NCBI GenBank assembly: GCA_041690355.1 | Contig: JAWLHK010000006.1 | Span: 1-64,000 of the forward strand | Source of the DNA: a bacterium | Lineage (GTDB): Bacteria; J088; JAWLBW01 | Direction: 5' to 3' | DNA length: 64,000 nt | In this document: piece by piece, positions 1 through 9,440 of the stretch | Position numbering within the stretch: the stretch's first letter is position 1 | Layout: each line of letters begins with the position of its first letter | Position numbers and translations under genes: made by a program | The notes under the pieces: generated by a model | What the model was told of the DNA's origin: nothing | Seen by the model: only the letters and a program-made list of their open reading frames with translations | Database searches by the model: none

Positions 1-99
1 CGCCCGAGGGCGCACCGCCGTCACGTCGCTCCGACCGAAGTGGAGGAGCCGCCCGAGGGCGCACCGCCGTCACGTCGCTCCGACCGAAGTGGAGGAGCC
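1..99. repeat. 49-bp tandem repeat, 2 copies (may continue beyond window start)
   Basis: Positions 1-49 and 50-98 are identical (CGCCCGAGGGCGCACCGCCGTCACGTCGCTCCGACCGAAGTGGAGGAGC); contains a GCTCC...GGAGC inverted pair. Confidence 0.9.
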
Positions 100-141
100 T
101 GTCAATTGTGCACTGCAGTCCGTGCCTGCCAGAATTTTTTC

Positions 142-478
142 CGGGAGCACCAGAGCGCTCCGCGCCCGCCATCCTCTTCTCGGGAGCACCGGAGCGCTCC
201 GCGCCCGCCATCTTCTTCTCGGGAGCACCAGAGCGCTCCGCGCCCGCCATCTTCTTCTCGGGAGCACCAGAGCACTCCGTGCCCGCCATCTTCTTCTCGG
301 GAGCACCAGAGCACTCCGTGCCCGCCAGCTTCTTCTCGGGAGCACCGGAGCACTCCGTGCCCGCCATCTTCTTCTCGGGAGCACCAGAGCACTCCGTGCC
401 CGCCATCTTCTTCTCGGGAGCACCAGAGCACTCCGTGCCCGCCATCTTCTTCTCGGGAGCACCGGAGCACCCCGCGCC
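142..478. repeat. 39-bp tandem array, 8 full copies plus one partial, REP-like palindromic unit
   Basis: Unit CGGGAGCACC(A/G)GAGC(G/A)CTCCG(C/T)GCCCGCCATCTTCTTCT starts at 142, 181, 220, 259, 298, 337, 376, 415 and 454; no spacers. Confidence 0.95.
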
Positions 479-654
479 TGCAATTCTACTTCCACGAGCG
501 TACCTGGCACCCGAGCACCGTTCTGCCGCACTCGTGTTCACCTGTCTGGGGCGGAACCGGACAATTTTGTCGCCTTCCTCCCTTTGAACGCTTTGGCATC
601 CCCGTTGCATTGGCTTCCTGCATCCGCGTTTCTATTTTCAGGAGTACCCGTACC

Positions 655-1098
655 ATGATCGATCTCGATACCCACGTGCAGATTGCCGCCGATGAGATGG
701 GCGCCGACGTTTGTTCGCTCTATATCCGTGAATTCGACGAGCTGGTCCTGCACGCCACGTTCGGTCTCGAGAAAGCTTCGGTCGGCTCGGTGCGCATGCA
801 GCTCGAAGAGGGGCTCACCGGAGCCGCCTACACGGGGGGAAGACCGCTCCCCATCTCGGAACCGTCGCTGCATCCGCGCTTCCGCTACTTTCCGAACACG
901 AAGGAAGAGCAGTTCCGCAGCTACCTCGGCATTCCGCTCCCCGACGGGCTGGGCGTACTGACCTTCCAGACCCGGGGACCGCATTTCTTCACGCGCACGG
1001 AGATCAACGCGGCGCAACTCTGGGCCGACCGTCTGGCCGAGGACATTCGCCGTCTGAACCCCTTCGGGCCCTTCGCGGCGGCGATGCATCGGGGGTGA
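655..1098 (+). CDS. Stand-alone GAF domain protein (resembles the PtsP N-terminal GAF)
   Basis: MIDLDTHVQIAADEMGADVCSLY...GLTG...HPRFRYFPNTKEEQFRSYLGIPL...GVLTFQ; start taken at ATG 655, after the repeat array. Confidence 0.8.
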   Translation: MIDLDTHVQIAADEMGADVCSLYIREFDELVLHATFGLEKASVGSVRMQLEEGLTGAAYTGGRPLPISEPSLHPRFRYFPNTKEEQFRSYLGIPLPDGLGVLTFQTRGPHFFTRTEINAAQLWADRLAEDIRRLNPFGPFAAAMHRG

Positions 1099-1189
1099 AC
1101 GGGCCGGGCGCCGGGGGATCCTCGCCCACGCGGTTTCACGTCCGTGGACCGGGTGCGCGCGGGGATCGGCGAGGGATGGGGACCTTGCG

Positions 1190-1399
1190 GGATGACCCGG
1201 GGTTCGAATGGTTCCCGCGAAATGACCCGGGGCCCTGCCGCCCGGGGCCGCCGCCCGGGGCCCTGCCCCGGGCTGGTGGCCGGGCGTCCCTTCAGGACGC
1301 CTGGGATGCGGTTGTGGTGGGGATGATAACGTCCCGGTTCGCGCGAAATGACCCGGGGCCCTGCCCCGGGCTGAAGGCCGGGCGTCCCTTCAGGACGCC
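1190..1399. repeat. Cluster of REP-like palindromic repeats
   Basis: CCCGGGGCCCTGCCCCGGGCTG..GGCCGGGCGTCCCTTCAGGACGCC at ~1254-1301 and ~1352-1399, plus partial ATGACCCGGGG copies; lies between convergent genes. Confidence 0.75.
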
Positions 1400-1444
1400 G
1401 GGGTTGCGTCGGTTTTCGAGGTGATTTGCGGGTTCGAGCTTCTA

Positions 1445-1482
1445 CGACGACCGCCGACTGACGACCGACGACTGGCGACTGA
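1445..1482. repeat. Degenerate heptamer run (GACGACT/GACGACC-like)
   Basis: CGACGACCGCCGACTGACGACCGACGACTGGCGACTGA immediately after the aldehyde dehydrogenase stop. Confidence 0.55.
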
Positions 1483-1483
1483 T

Positions 1484-2851
1484 TTACCGCACGTATACCG
1501 TCTTGATGTTCACGAACTCCTTGATGCCGTAGTGAGACAACTCGCGCCCGTAGCCGGATTCCTTGATGCCGCCGAAGGGGAGGCGCGGGTCTGACTTCAC
1601 GAAGGCATTCACGAAGCACGCGCCGGCGTCGAGCTCTTCCTTCGCGATCCGCTCGCCGCGCGCGACGTCGCGGGTGAAGACGGCCGCGCCAAGGCCGAAG
1701 TCCGAACGGTTGGCGAGTGCGATGGCCTCGGCCTCGTCGGCAGCGGGAATGATGGCCGCCACGGGACCGAACAGCTCCTCGTCGAACGCCGCCATGCCCG
1801 GGCGCACGTCCGCGAGCACCGTGGGCGGATAGAACGCGCCGGTCCCCGCGGGAATCTCGCCGCCGAGCAGGCAGCGTGCGCCGGAGGCGATCGAACGCTT
1901 GACCTGCGTGTGCAGCTCATCGCGCAGATCGGTGCGCGCCTGGGGTCCGACCTCGACCCCTTCTTCGAGCGGCGGCCCCATGCGCCGCTTGCGCATCTCG
2001 TCGACGAAGCGCCGCTCGAACTCCGCGCGAATCGGTTCCACGACGATGAACCGCTTGGCGGCAATGCAGCTCTGCCCGCTGTTGATGAGCCGGCTGGTCA
2101 CGCAGGTGGGCACGGCGAGATCCAGATCGGCATCCTCGAGGATGACGTAGGGATCGCTTCCGCCAAGTTCGAGCACGGTCTTCTTGAGCACGGCCCCCGC
2201 CTCGCGCGCGACGGCTTTGCCCGCCTGGGTGCTGCCGGTCAGGGTCACGGCGCGCACCAGCGGATTGCGGATCACGTCGGGCACGTCCTTCGAGCCGATG
2301 AGCAGTGTGCGGAACAGGTGTTCGGGGAGCCCGGCGTCGCGGAAGACCTGCTCGATGGCCAGGGCGCAGCCGGGAACGTTGGACGCGTGCTTGAGTACCC
2401 CCGCATTCCCCGCCATCAGCGCCGGGGCGGCGAAGCGGAACACCTGCCAGAACGGAAAATTCCACGGCATCACGGCGAGCACGATGCCGATGGGCTCGAA
2501 GGTCACGTAGCTTTTCGAGGCGTCGCTGGGGGCCGCCTCGGGCGCGAGCATCCCCTCGGCCTGGTCGGCGTAGTACTCGCAGACCCAGGCGCACTTCTCG
2601 ACCTCGGCCTTGCCCTGCGGCAGCGGCTTGCCCATTTCGACCGCCATGAGCTGCCCGTATTCGTCACTGCGCTGGCGCAGCACGCCGGCCGCCTTGCGCA
2701 TGAGCTCGGCGCGATGGGAGAAAGAGGTCCGGCGCCAGGCGGTCCAATCCGACTGAACCCGCGTCAGAACGCGCTGCACCTCGGCAGACGACATTTCGGG
2801 ATACGAGCAGACGAGATTGCCGGTGGCGGGGTCGAGCGTTTCGATGGCCAT
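1484..2851 (-). CDS. NAD(P)-dependent succinate-semialdehyde dehydrogenase (Sad/GabD-like)
   Basis: ALDH motifs VMPWNFPFWQ, LTGST, LELGGSDP, NSGQSCIA, EELFGPV, PFGGIKESGYGRE; start MAIETLD at 2851. Confidence 0.9.
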   Translation of the reverse strand: MAIETLDPATGNLVCSYPEMSSAEVQRVLTRVQSDWTAWRRTSFSHRAELMRKAAGVLRQRSDEYGQLMAVEMGKPLPQGKAEVEKCAWVCEYYADQAEGMLAPEAAPSDASKSYVTFEPIGIVLAVMPWNFPFWQVFRFAAPALMAGNAGVLKHASNVPGCALAIEQVFRDAGLPEHLFRTLLIGSKDVPDVIRNPLVRAVTLTGSTQAGKAVAREAGAVLKKTVLELGGSDPYVILEDADLDLAVPTCVTSRLINSGQSCIAAKRFIVVEPIRAEFERRFVDEMRKRRMGPPLEEGVEVGPQARTDLRDELHTQVKRSIASGARCLLGGEIPAGTGAFYPPTVLADVRPGMAAFDEELFGPVAAIIPAADEAEAIALANRSDFGLGAAVFTRDVARGERIAKEELDAGACFVNAFVKSDPRLPFGGIKESGYGRELSHYGIKEFVNIKTVYVR

Positions 2852-2900
2852 AGCGAGACTCCCTGGCGTGGATATTGCACCAGTATACCAAGCCGGACAC

Positions 2901-3150
2901 GAGTTACGAGTGACGGTGTGCACACCGTTCGTCCCGAGCTGACGGTGCGCAGCAGAGTGGAGCGCGACAGCGAGAGGGCGGCCCGCAAGCAATTGATGAT
3001 TTACGATTGACGATTGACGATTGACGATTTGCCGGAACGGACCAGACTCTCCTCTTGCCCTTGCCGTTTTTTGGCGCTTAGCGCTTGGCGCTCGGCGCTT
3101 GACCCCGGCCCGTGCTTCTCAGGAATCAAGAATCAGGAATCAGGAATCAA
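2901..3150. repeat. Composite heptamer-repeat element, copy 1
   Basis: GAGTTAC/GAGTGAC, then (GATTTAC/GATTGAC)n, TTTGCCGGAACGGACC, (GCGCTTG/GCGCTCG)n, (CAGGAAT/CAAGAAT)n. Confidence 0.8.
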
Positions 3151-3550
3151 GCCCCTGGCTGTCGAAGCTCCGCCACTGTCCGACCGCGGCCGTGAACCCC
3201 TTCTGCTGCAGGAACTCGAGCGCCTCGGCTTCGTTCTTGAACACGTGCATGTCGATGCCGCTCAGGGCGACGACGGTCTTCGCGAGCACGCGAACCCACG
3301 CTTTGGGAACGATGGCGACCGAGAGAAAGCGCCCCTTGAATTCCTTCGCGAAAGCGGCCCATTGCTGCAGGTAACCGTCGGGGGCCGATTCGGCGGCCGT
3401 GGCGTCGTGCAGGAGTGCCGCCTTTCCCTCGCCGGCCAGCAGCGAGCGCATGATGGGGCGCAGGGCGTCGGTAATCGCCTGCGCCGTGGCCGCATCGGGA
3501 CTCCCCTGGTGCTGAACGCGCACGATACGGTTCTGGTGCGAAATCTCCAT
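3140..3550 (-). CDS. STAS/SEC14 (SpoIIAA-like) domain protein
   Basis: 136 aa; AGGAGG RBS 6 nt upstream; alpha/beta pattern ALLHDAT...VAIV...HVFKNEAEALEFL. Confidence 0.65.
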   Translation of the reverse strand: MEISHQNRIVRVQHQGSPDAATAQAITDALRPIMRSLLAGEGKAALLHDATAAESAPDGYLQQWAAFAKEFKGRFLSVAIVPKAWVRVLAKTVVALSGIDMHVFKNEAEALEFLQQKGFTAAVGQWRSFDSQGLDS

Positions 3551-3589
3551 GAACATCCTCCTGGTAAGCAGGCGCTCACATTGTACCAA

Positions 3590-3796
3590 GAGTGACGAGT
3601 TACGAGTGACGAGTCAATCAATTGACGATTTACGATTTACGATTTACGATTGACGATTGACGATTTGCCGGAACGGACCGCACCTCTATTCCTCCCTTGA
3701 CCTTGCCTGATCAGCGCTTGGCGCTTGGCGCTCGGCGCTCGGAGCTTCATCCCAGCTGCTCAGGAATCAGGTATCAGGTATCAGGAATCAGGAATC
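3590..3796. repeat. Composite heptamer-repeat element, copy 2 (same orientation as copy 1)
   Basis: Same block order as 2901-3150 and the identical core TTTGCCGGAACGGACC. Confidence 0.85.
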
Positions 3797-3819
3797 TCTT
3801 CTGCTACCATGTAAAGCTC

Positions 3820-4668
3820 ATGTCTACCCAGGTTTCGGCCCAGGCCTCCGAAGACAAGCTGCGCACGAAGCTGCTGCGCGGCATCGGCAACGCCATCACC
3901 GACTACAACATGATCGCCGACGGCGACCGGGTCATGGTGTGCCTGAGCGGCGGCAAAGACAGCTTCACGCTGCTCGACCTGCTGCTCGATCTGCAGACGC
4001 GCGCGCCGGTGCGCTTCGAGATTCTCGCCGTCAATCTCGACCAGAAACAGCCCAACTTTCCCGCCGACGTGCTTCCGCGCTACCTGGCAGAGCGGGGCGT
4101 GGCGCACCGGATCGTCGAGCGCGATACCTATTCGGTCGTGACGGCGAACATCCCCGCGGGCAAGACGATGTGCTCGCTCTGTTCGCGGCTGCGCCGCGGC
4201 ATCCTCTACAACGTGGCGGTCGAAGAAGGGTGCACGAAGATCGCCCTCGGGCACCATGCCGACGACATCCTCCAGACGTTTCTGCTGAATGTCTTCTTCA
4301 ACGGAAGCATCAAGGCCATGCCGCCGATTCTGCGCAGCGACGACGGGCGCAACACGGTCATCCGCCCGCTGGCGTACTGTTGGGAAGAGGACATTGCCGC
4401 GTGGGCGAAGCTGCGGGCCTACCCGATCATTCCGTGTGACCTCTGCGGGTCGCAGGAGAACCTCAAGCGCAAGCGGGTCAAGCGGCTCATCGACGACCTG
4501 CAGCAGGAAATTCCCACGGTGCGGAACTCCATGTTGAACGCGCTGGCCAACGTACGCCCTTCGCAGCTGCTCGACAAGTCGATCTTCGACTTCCTCAAGC
4601 TTGGTTCCGCCACCGGCGACGTGTCTGCGGAACTGGACGAGGCCTTGGGGGTTCACGCATCCGGCTGA
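3820..4668 (+). CDS. ttcA: tRNA 2-thiocytidine(32) synthetase
   Basis: PP-loop [37 protein letters not shown]. Confidence 0.95.
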   Translation: MSTQVSAQASEDKLRTKLLRGIGNAITDYNMIADGDRVMVCLSGGKDSFTLLDLLLDLQTRAPVRFEILAVNLDQKQPNFPADVLPRYLAERGVAHRIVERDTYSVVTANIPAGKTMCSLCSRLRRGILYNVAVEEGCTKIALGHHADDILQTFLLNVFFNGSIKAMPPILRSDDGRNTVIRPLAYCWEEDIAAWAKLRAYPIIPCDLCGSQENLKRKRVKRLIDDLQQEIPTVRNSMLNALANVRPSQLLDKSIFDFLKLGSATGDVSAELDEALGVHASG

Positions 4669-4696
4669 GCAGGGATGTGAATCCTTGGTCTCCGTT

Positions 4697-4880
4697 GAGG
4701 AGTGGGAGAGTGGGGGAGTGGGGGAGTGGGGGATGAAGCAAGAACCGCTTCAGCTCGCTACGACTTACCATCCACGGGCCACGTCTGCCTGCCCAGCGCT
4801 GAGCGTCCCACGTCCAGCCCAGGAGTCCACGCAGCTCTTGTTTTCCCAGCGACCAGCGCCCAGCGTCTAGCGTCTAGCGC
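4697..4880. repeat. Short tandem repeats (GGGGAGTG octamers; CCAGCGA/CTAGCGT heptamers)
   Basis: GGAGTGGGAGAGTGGGGGAGTGGGGGAGTGGG and CCAGCGACCAGCGCCCAGCGTCTAGCGTCTAGCG between convergent ttcA and the ChaN-like gene. Confidence 0.65.
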
Positions 4881-5823
4881 GGAACTGCGCGCAGGGGTCT
4901 TCCCGCTCGGCCGGTTCTGTACGCCACACGAAATCGTAGGGGAGATCCGCCGGAACTTCCGCGCCCGGTTCCGCTTCGACGAAGGCGAGGCTGACCACGC
5001 GTTTCCCGGGCGCCATGCGGCGCAGGTAGGCGGGAACCCCCCAATCCATACGCGCGTGGCCTGAACCGGCAATGAGGACGGCTCCGGATTCCCCCGCCGC
5101 CGCCAGCGTCTTCTCGGCCAGCCAGGCGTCGCGCGCGCGCTGAAAGTCGACCATGCGGGGAATGGCCTGCGCCGGCAGATGCCCGCAATGGGCCACCGCG
5201 AGCTCTTCTTCGAGCGCCGCCTGATCGGCCGCGGACAGCGGGCGATCGAGCCCCGTGCGCGCGCGGAATCCGTCGTCGAGCGCCGCGAGCCCCCGCTTCC
5301 GCAGTTCCGGCCGGATGGACTGCGGCAGATCCGCCGCCGCGAGGGGAAGATCGTGCGCCACCGCCGCCGTGAACACCGGCGCGTACAGGGCGAACGGCGG
5401 CCACCCCGAGCGTTCCCACGCTACCGCCGCCGCGATGGCGCTCACGGACTGCGGAAATTCCGCGCGGGACGCGTCGACGTCGCCCTGGCGATCGGAGGGA
5501 ATCATTTCAAAGGCCACGGCCGGCCGCCGGCCTCTTTCGGCCAGGGCCGTCACGAGGCGCGCCTGCAGCCGATGGTGTTTCGGATTGTCATGGCGTTCGC
5601 CGAGCAGCACGATGTCGGCGGCGGCCAGCTCGGCCAGCAGGGCATCGAAAGAGACGGGACGGCCGGTGGCGCCTGCCCGGATGGCAACGGTGTGGGAGGC
5701 GGTATCGTGAACCGGTGCGAACGCCGGCGCATCCGGCAGAACCTGCGCGTGGCATCCCATCCAGGCCAGGGCCGTCAGAAGGAGGCCCGGAAAGCGATTC
5801 GTGCGGTCGGCGAAAGTGGTCAT
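4867..5823 (-). CDS. ChaN family lipoprotein (putative heme-binding)
   Basis: Lipobox-like WMGC; DIVLLGERHDNPKHH, AFEM, QRARD, IAGSGH, GVP motifs. Confidence 0.85.
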   Translation of the reverse strand: MTTFADRTNRFPGLLLTALAWMGCHAQVLPDAPAFAPVHDTASHTVAIRAGATGRPVSFDALLAELAAADIVLLGERHDNPKHHRLQARLVTALAERGRRPAVAFEMIPSDRQGDVDASRAEFPQSVSAIAAAVAWERSGWPPFALYAPVFTAAVAHDLPLAAADLPQSIRPELRKRGLAALDDGFRARTGLDRPLSAADQAALEEELAVAHCGHLPAQAIPRMVDFQRARDAWLAEKTLAAAGESGAVLIAGSGHARMDWGVPAYLRRMAPGKRVVSLAFVEAEPGAEVPADLPYDFVWRTEPAEREDPCAQFRARR

Positions 5824-5825
5824 CG

Positions 5826-7724
5826 TCAGGGCCTCGTGGCGGCGAGGGGGAACAGGGCCGTCGCTAGGTCGCCGGCGCCGGCTTCGGTGAGATGCGCGGA
5901 ATCCCAGGCATACGGTACGACCTTATTCCCGTGGAGAAGGAGCGTCCGGCATCCGTCTTCGGCGCAGAGGTGGCGGGCCGGTTGCAGGAACGCCGCGGTT
6001 CCGCCTATGATCGACTCGAGCGCCGCATCCGCGGCCAGAACTTCCCCCAGTCGCTCGGCGGCCAGGCGCTTTTCCACGTGAGTTTCCTCCAGGCCTACGC
6101 CGCGGCGCACGAGGGTCGTCGGAAGGTCGGGGCTCCACTGGGGAACACCGCCCACTACCGAAATCCGTGTCGTGGGCGAGACCATCCGGATTCGATCGAT
6201 CGTCTCTGCGAGCGCGGGAAGCCGGTTCCGATAATAGATCCAGGCGGCATGCAGCACGACCGTCTCGGGCCGGGTCTGCTCGATGACGGCAAGCACGTGC
6301 TCGTTGATCGTCGCACAGAACGGACGCGCGGGGATCGGTTCGCCGAGCAGGGGAGGGCATCCGCTCGCCGTAAGCTGGCCCAGATCCGCACGGCTCATGC
6401 GCAACCCGGCGGCAAGTGCGGCGGCGTGAGAATCGCCCCACATCAGCATGCCTCCGCCGCCGGAGGGAAGGCACTCGGGCGCGAAGGCCGTAAACTCCTG
6501 CTCGGGCCGCAGAAAGCAGGCCCCTTCGCGGTAGGCTTCCGCGCGCGGATAATCGCGCCAGGCGAGCACCTCCCGCTGTGCGTCGGTGAGCCGGGAGGCG
6601 AAGCCGTCGGCCGCATGCCCCCAGGCGCCCAGGAGAAGGAACGAGATGCTGGCGGTTGCCGCCCCGGCGAACACGGTGCGGCGATCGATGCCTGTCCCGC
6701 GGCGGAACGGCTTTTCGCGGAACGGCTTTTCGACGAAGCGCCAGGTCAGGTAGGCCAGCGGCAGGGTCAGCGCGCAGAGCAGCGCCAGGAGCGCCGGCGG
6801 CGGCTCGCCCGGGCTCTGGTAGCGGGCAAAGGCGAGCAGCGGTTGATGCCAGAGATAGGCGCTGTAGCTGATCAGCCCAATGCCCGTGAAGACGCGATGG
6901 CCCAGAAGTTCGCCCGCCAGGTTCCCGGGCCCGGCCCCGAGAATCACGAGCACCGTACCCGCTGTCGGCACGAGGGCGGGGAGGCCCGGAAACGGGGTCC
7001 CCTCGTCGAAGACGGCGATGGCGAACGCGATGAGCGACAGCCCGGCGATGCCCAGCGCGGCCCGGATCCGCGGCGGGAGGGGCGGGGAGCCGTTGCGGAG
7101 GTAAAAGGCCGCCAGCGCGCCGAGCAGGATCTCCCAGCCGCGCGTGGGCAGGAGGTAGAAGGCGGCGGCGGGCCGATGTTCCGCAGCCCAGTGGGCGAGG
7201 CCGAGACTGCCCAACGTGATGCCGAGCAATCCAAGCGCCACCCGCCTCCGGCCGAGGCGCCACGTGAGCAGAAGAAAGAGGGGAAACAGCACGTAGTACT
7301 GCTCCTCGACCGCGAGGCTCCACGTGTGCAGGAGCGGCTTCAGCTCGGCCGCGGGGTCGAAGTAGCCGCTCTGCTGCCAGAACAGGATGTTCGACGAGAA
7401 CGTCGCCACGGCCGCGACGCTCTGGGCAAAGGCCTGCATGTCGCCCGGCATCAGCCACAGCCACGCGAACGGCAGCGACACGGCCATGACGAAGAAGAGG
7501 GCCGGCAGAATGCGTCTCGCCCGCCGCTCATAGAACGCGGCCAGACTGAACCGGCCCGTCTCCAGATCGGCCAGGAGCAGGGAGGTAATCAGGTATCCGC
7601 TGATGACGAAGAAGACGTCGACGCCGACGAAGCCGCCGCCGAAGGCCGCGAAGCCCGCGTGGTAGAGGATGACGGGAACCACCGCGACCGCCCGCAATCC
7701 GTCGATTTCAGCACGATACTGCAA
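5826..7724 (-). CDS. Acyltransferase_3 plus SGNH domain O-acyltransferase (OafA/YrhL-like)
   Basis: YRAEIDGLRAVAV, GGFVGVDVFFVISGYLIT, HTWSLAVEEQYY, GDSHA, DSAHLT. Confidence 0.92.
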   Translation of the reverse strand: MQYRAEIDGLRAVAVVPVILYHAGFAAFGGGFVGVDVFFVISGYLITSLLLADLETGRFSLAAFYERRARRILPALFFVMAVSLPFAWLWLMPGDMQAFAQSVAAVATFSSNILFWQQSGYFDPAAELKPLLHTWSLAVEEQYYVLFPLFLLLTWRLGRRRVALGLLGITLGSLGLAHWAAEHRPAAAFYLLPTRGWEILLGALAAFYLRNGSPPLPPRIRAALGIAGLSLIAFAIAVFDEGTPFPGLPALVPTAGTVLVILGAGPGNLAGELLGHRVFTGIGLISYSAYLWHQPLLAFARYQSPGEPPPALLALLCALTLPLAYLTWRFVEKPFREKPFRRGTGIDRRTVFAGAATASISFLLLGAWGHAADGFASRLTDAQREVLAWRDYPRAEAYREGACFLRPEQEFTAFAPECLPSGGGGMLMWGDSHAAALAAGLRMSRADLGQLTASGCPPLLGEPIPARPFCATINEHVLAVIEQTRPETVVLHAAWIYYRNRLPALAETIDRIRMVSPTTRISVVGGVPQWSPDLPTTLVRRGVGLEETHVEKRLAAERLGEVLAADAALESIIGGTAAFLQPARHLCAEDGCRTLLLHGNKVVPYAWDSAHLTEAGAGDLATALFPLAATRP

Positions 7725-7775
7725 AAGGTCCCCTGCGGCGGGCGCCTGCCCGCGGATCGATCGGGAGCGCCGAGG

Positions 7776-9323
7776 CTACTCCCACTCGATGGTGGCGGGC
7801 GGCTTCGACGAGATATCGTACACCACGCGGTTGATCCCCTTCACCTCGTTGATGATGCGGCTCGAGATGCGGGCGAGCAGTTCGCTCGGCAGGCGGCTCC
7901 AGTCGGCCGTCATGCCGTCGACCGAATCGACCACGCGCACGGCGCACACGTTTTCGTAGGTGCGCTCGTCGCCCATGACCCCGACGCTCTGCACGGGCAG
8001 CAGCACGGTGAACGCCTGCCAGGTCTTCAGATACCAGCCCGACGTCTTCAGCTCCTCGATGAGGATGGCGTCGGCCTCGCGCAGGACGTCGAGGCGATCC
8101 TGGGATACCGCGCCCAGCACGCGGATGGCCAGGCCCGGGCCGGGAAACGGATGGCGGTTGACGATGTCTTCGGGCAGGCCCAGTTCGCGTCCGAGCTCGC
8201 GTACCTCGTCCTTGAACAGCTCGCGCACCGGCTCCAGCAGCTGAAAGGGCATGTCTTCGGGAAGGCCGCCGACGTTGTGGTGGCTCTTGATCGTCGCCGA
8301 AGGCCCTTTGAAGCTCACGCTCTCGATCACGTCCGGATACAGCGTTCCCTGGGCGAGCCATTTGTAGTCGGACGAGAGACTGCGCGCCTCTTCGTCGAAG
8401 ACGTAGACGAACTCGTTGCCGATAAGCTTGCGCTTGCGTTCGGGGTCGCTGATGTCGCGCAGCTTGTCGAGAAAGCGGTCCGAGGCGTCCACATAGCGCA
8501 GGTCGATATGGAAGGCGTCGCGGAAGACGGAGATGACCTGGTCGGCTTCGCCCTTGCGCAGCAGGCCGTTGTTCACGAAGACGCAGGTCAGCTGGTCGCC
8601 GATGGCCTTGTGGATGAGCGCGGCCACCACCGAGCTGTCGACGCCGCCCGAGAGGCCGCAGAGGACGCGGTCCTTGCCGACCTTTTCGCGGATGGCGACG
8701 ATCTCGCGCTCGATGAAGGAGCCCATGCTCCAGTCGGGCTTGCAGCCGGCGATGCGGAAAACGAAGTTCCGCAAAATCTCGGCCCCGCGCACCGAGTGCA
8801 CGACTTCGGGGTGGAACTGGACGCCGTAGATTTCGCGGGTCTCGTGGCGGATGGCCGCGATGGGGGAATTCTGCGAGTGGGCGAGCACCTTGAAACCCGG
8901 CGGCATCGACTCCAGCCGATCGCCGTGGCTCATCCAGACGACCGAGGCGCCCGCGTCACCGGGTTCGAAGCCGTGAAAGAGGTCGCGGTTGTCGTCGACG
9001 ATCAGGTCGGCCCGGCCATACTCGCGGTGCGCGGCCTTGTCCACCTTGCCGCCGAAGACGTGGGCCGTCAGCTGCAGCCCGTAGCAGACGCCGAGCACCG
9101 GCACACCCAGCTCGTAGATGCCGGGGGGCACCAGAGGGGCATCCTTCTGCACGACGCTGAAGGGGCTGCCCGAGAGGATGACCCCGCGCGGCTGCATGCG
9201 GCGCACCTCTTCGAGATCGATGGTGCAGGGGTGGATCTCGGAGTAGACGTGCGCTTCGCGGATGCGGCGCGCGATGAGCTGGGTGTACTGACTGCCGAAA
9301 TCGAGAATGACGATTTTGTCCAT
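7776..9323 (-). CDS. guaA: GMP synthase (glutamine-hydrolyzing)
   Basis: [45 protein letters not shown]; start MDKIVIL. Confidence 0.97.
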   Translation of the reverse strand: MDKIVILDFGSQYTQLIARRIREAHVYSEIHPCTIDLEEVRRMQPRGVILSGSPFSVVQKDAPLVPPGIYELGVPVLGVCYGLQLTAHVFGGKVDKAAHREYGRADLIVDDNRDLFHGFEPGDAGASVVWMSHGDRLESMPPGFKVLAHSQNSPIAAIRHETREIYGVQFHPEVVHSVRGAEILRNFVFRIAGCKPDWSMGSFIEREIVAIREKVGKDRVLCGLSGGVDSSVVAALIHKAIGDQLTCVFVNNGLLRKGEADQVISVFRDAFHIDLRYVDASDRFLDKLRDISDPERKRKLIGNEFVYVFDEEARSLSSDYKWLAQGTLYPDVIESVSFKGPSATIKSHHNVGGLPEDMPFQLLEPVRELFKDEVRELGRELGLPEDIVNRHPFPGPGLAIRVLGAVSQDRLDVLREADAILIEELKTSGWYLKTWQAFTVLLPVQSVGVMGDERTYENVCAVRVVDSVDGMTADWSRLPSELLARISSRIINEVKGINRVVYDISSKPPATIEWE

Positions 9324-9440
9324 GGAAACGCCGTCTTTGCCGTGCGGGAGGTAAACCAACATGGTAACAAAGGGGGACGCGAAAACCCAAGCGCGGACTT
9401 GGACTTTCTTGACGTTTCGGGTAGCATGGTTGAGCAGATC

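Noticed and set aside
142-478. CRISPR array
   Set aside because: Units are contiguous with no unique spacers, and no cas genes are in the window.
40-654. Repeat-encoded N-terminal extension of the GAF protein and other ORFs over the array
   Set aside because: A stop-free 39-bp unit opens several frames on both strands; the domain begins at ATG 655.
5826-7776. Genomic island integrated at the guaA 3' end
   Set aside because: No integrase or att duplication seen; the downstream genes look co-transcribed.
5892-9440. 1359-aa plus-strand ORF
   Set aside because: Antisense shadow of the acyltransferase and guaA; only the last ~176 aa are a real gene.
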